64,000 bases of DNA from Sphaerochaetaceae bacterium (GTDB lineage: Bacteria > Spirochaetota > Spirochaetia > Sphaerochaetales > Sphaerochaetaceae): contig CAVISO010000001.1 of NCBI GenBank assembly GCA_963645435.1, positions 3,987-67,986 on the forward strand, given 5' to 3'. Under the pieces are notes generated by a model, which was not told where the DNA came from, ran no database searches, and saw only the letters and a list, made by a program, of their open reading frames with translations. The translations under genes and the position numbers were made by a program. Shown one piece after another: positions 63,239-64,000 of this stretch; the first letter of the stretch is position 1; the number at the start of each line of letters is the position of its first letter.

Positions 63239-64000
63239 TTGTACAGAGGTGTTATTACGAGCAGAAATAACTATGATGACCTAAATGAAAGAAAAGTCTC
63301 GCGAGGGGGTTCTTCCCATGTGGTGCTAATCTCTGTCATTAGCGGTCTGCTCATGTGCACTGTAGCCCTTCTTATTTGGATTAGCCTGGTGAAGACGGGA
63401 GATCTTAATTCTGCGGACAAATCTCCAATTAAGTCTTATGTGGCTGACTCTTCAAGTTCCACTGAGGTTTCTGGTGTTTCTACTACTTCTACTACTTCTG
63501 ATACTTCTGCTGTGAAAGCAGAGGCTTCTGCAGGTAATGAGACAGTTCAGGCTTCTGCTAAGGCTGAGACTGGGACTGAGACTGGAGCTGGGACTGAGAC
63601 TGAAACTCAGCAGACTACAGATAGTATTTCCCTTGATATTGATGAGGCAATTACCAAGGTTCAGGGTACTACAGATTACCTGAAGGCAAGCGATTATTCT
63701 GTTGATGAGACAGAGGATAGCACTAATGTAGTAAATCAGGGCGTAGAGCTGAAAAAGCCGGTTATTGCCCAAAACCTTAGTGTTAATCAAACGGCATCGG
63801 TTTCTAAAGATATTGTGAAATACACGGATTACATGCTTCAGACGGGAGATTCGCTGGATTCCATTGCACAGAAATTTGGCATTTCTCGTGAGACAATTAT
63901 TTCCGTAAACCAGATTCGTAATACCACTTCACTTTTTGCTGGCACAACGCTGTCAATTCCTGACCGCGACGGTACCATGTACACCGTCAAGGAAGGGGAC
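63239..64000 (+). CDS. LysM-domain protein (probable peptidoglycan-binding hydrolase), C-terminal end outside the window
   Basis: Hand translation in the frame opened by TTG 63239 shows a basic N-terminus and a TM segment (VVLISVISGLLMCTVALLIWISL). A Ser/Thr/Glu-rich linker follows, then a LysM domain (YMLQTGDSLDSIAQKFGISRETIISVNQIRNTTSLFAGTTLSIP). A second LysM domain begins at YTVKEGD. The start codon is uncertain (TTG 63239 or GTG 63320). Confidence 0.7.
   Translation, partial: MYRGVITSRNNYDDLNERKVSRGGSSHVVLISVISGLLMCTVALLIWISLVKTGDLNSADKSPIKSYVADSSSSTEVSGVSTTSTTSDTSAVKAEASAGNETVQASAKAETGTETGAGTETETQQTTDSISLDIDEAITKVQGTTDYLKASDYSVDETEDSTNVVNQGVELKKPVIAQNLSVNQTASVSKDIVKYTDYMLQTGDSLDSIAQKFGISRETIISVNQIRNTTSLFAGTTLSIPDRDGTMYTVKEGD

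Noticed and set aside
63452-63790. A 112-aa minus-strand ORF with SLSPS repeats.
   Set aside because: It is the antisense image of the Ser/Thr/Glu-rich linker of the LysM protein, and its repeats mirror the plus-strand ACTGAGACTGGG repeats.

Overview
This is a gene-dense 64-kb chromosomal segment made up almost entirely of conserved housekeeping operons. Several features suggest a Treponema-like spirochaete, but that is inference only: loose lipoboxes (FTSC, LCSC), a DUF4912 + GH57 branching-enzyme pair, a soluble histidine kinase with a sigma-54 NtrC-type regulator (Hk2/Rrp2-like), and a roughly 1000-aa LptD-like outer membrane protein directly after uvrA.

Genes in order:
- partial beta-hydroxyacid dehydrogenase, ArsR regulator, YbaY-like lipoprotein, hflK-hflC, metG
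- a MurD-like protein, an MFS transporter, a DegT-like protein, nadK, recN
- DUF4912 + GH57, a LUD-domain protein, an ornithine-decarboxylase-like enzyme, secA
- the cluster cvpA-holB-HK-RR-dinG-wHTH
- a long structured leader followed by an mtnA-like gene, then a HAD hydrolase
- rimP-nusA-infB-rbfA-truB-ribF-rpsO-pnp-dut-lptF-lptG, then tgt and a Nudix hydrolase
- a lipoprotein/OMP pair, folD-miaB-sirtuin, typA
- an AT-rich orphan nuclease-like gene, a small OMP, ispG
- uvrA-lptD-like-phoH-pgpH-like-ybeY, a truncated class-B-PBP-like gene, and a partial LysM protein

I recognised no rRNA, tRNA, CRISPR array, transposase, integrase or prophage genes. I did not find a convincing multi-gene novel defence or mobile system.

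The best leads are:
1. An unclassified riboswitch-like leader with a terminator in front of the mtnA-like gene.
2. A repeat-dense 350-bp region upstream of typA.
3. An AT-rich orphan PD-(D/E)xK-like gene flanked by REP-like twin hairpins.
4. A translationally coupled cvpA-holB-HK-sigma54 RR-dinG-AbiEi-like cluster.
5. Several apparent pseudoenzymes: MurD-like, DegT-like, the RibF kinase half, and a truncated PBP.

All calls rest on motif reading of the supplied translations and on hand inspection of the DNA. No database search was possible.
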